Positions 63,545 to 64,000 of a stretch of 64,000 bases of DNA are shown one piece after another (the stretch's first letter is position 1; the number at the start of each line of letters is the position of its first letter). Where the stretch lies: the NCBI GenBank assembly GCA_035693785.1, contig DASSFZ010000212.1, positions 4,647 through 68,646 on the forward strand, given 5' to 3'. The notes below the pieces were generated by a model. It saw nothing but the letters and a program-made list of their open reading frames with translations. It was not told the origin of the DNA and did not search any database. Source of the stretch: Anaerolineae bacterium. Lineage in GTDB: Bacteria; Chloroflexota; Anaerolineae; Fen-1058. Position numbers and translations under genes: made by a program.

Positions 63545-64000
63545 TCAACCGTTGAACGTTTTGCCTTCCTCGGCCAGCTTGGCCAGCAGAGGCGCAGGCT
63601 CCCAGGACTTCGGGTCGGCGTGCGAGTTTTGAGCAAAGCGGCCCATGGCGCGCACGACGCTGTACAGGCCGACCGTATCGGCATAGAACATAGGCCCCCC
63701 CCGGTGCAGCGGGAAACCATAACCGGTCAGGTAAACCATGTCGATGTCGGAGGCACGCTGCGCAATGCCCTCTTCGAGGAGGCGCGCGCCTTCGTTCACC
63801 AGGGCGAAGACGCAGCGCGCGACGATTTCCTCGTCGCTGATCGGGCGCGAGGTGATGCCGATCTCTTTGCGGTAATTATCGATCAATTCTTCCACCGCCG
63901 GATCGGGAATGGCGTCGCGCCGGCCGGCCTCGTAGCGGTACCAGCCCATGCCGGTTTTCTGCCCAAAGCGGCCCTGCTCGCACAGACGATCCGCGATCTT
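63545..64000 (-). CDS. 3-hydroxyacyl-CoA dehydrogenase, C-terminal part (gene runs off right edge)
   Basis: ARCVFALVNEGARLLEEGIAQRASDIDMVYLTGYGFPLHRGGPMFYAD is the 3HCDH C-terminal domain. The reading frame is open to the window edge. Confidence 0.8.
   Translation of the reverse strand, partial: KIADRLCEQGRFGQKTGMGWYRYEAGRRDAIPDPAVEELIDNYRKEIGITSRPISDEEIVARCVFALVNEGARLLEEGIAQRASDIDMVYLTGYGFPLHRGGPMFYADTVGLYSVVRAMGRFAQNSHADPKSWEPAPLLAKLAEEGKTFNG

Overview
GC-rich bacterial chromosomal window. Composition was judged by eye. All family calls come from motif recognition on the translations; I ran no database search. Strong GGAGG-type ribosome-binding sites, F420/LLM-type oxidoreductases, a MEDS-SARP regulator and Liv-type transporters fit Chloroflexota or Actinomycetota, but the taxon cannot be determined here. 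I call 59 protein-coding genes, nearly all on the minus strand. I saw no rRNA, tRNA, CRISPR array, transposase or integrase.

The left ~24 kb is an accessory biosynthetic island made of two co-directional parts.

(i) 1-9884 is a RiPP-like locus. It holds two unannotated short ORFs of 26 aa and 22 aa, both ending in Cys-x3-Cys. It also holds three PqqD-fused radical SAM/SPASM maturases, two PaaK/F390-synthetase-like adenylating enzymes, a MarR regulator and an ABC-2 exporter.

(ii) 10126-23846 is a dedicated type II FAS/PKS-like gene set. It contains three full ketosynthases, one Cys-less CLF-like ketosynthase, an ACP with a C-terminal tail, FabZ, FabG, FabI and a His-less hotdog protein. Interleaved with these are a B12-binding radical SAM enzyme, a B12-rSAM-like protein that has lost its CxxxCxxC motif, a zinc-ribbon radical SAM of the MJ0619/Tes-like type, and an SDR.

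I do not recognise this combination as any described system. It is the main candidate for something new, for example a lipid-modified or otherwise C-terminally derivatised peptide, or an unusual branched or cross-linked lipid.

The remaining 40 kb is mostly catabolic:
- an orphan HlyD-type adaptor;
- two Liv-type ABC importers, one with embedded acyl-CoA synthetases;
- a split PEP-synthase/rifampin-phosphotransferase-like kinase flanking an amidohydrolase-2 decarboxylase, next to a benzoate-CoA-ligase-like gene;
- tandem acyl-CoA dehydrogenases;
- an lva-like kinase + ACAD + acyl-CoA synthetase module;
- beta-oxidation genes.

Several intergenic repeats and palindromes are listed separately.
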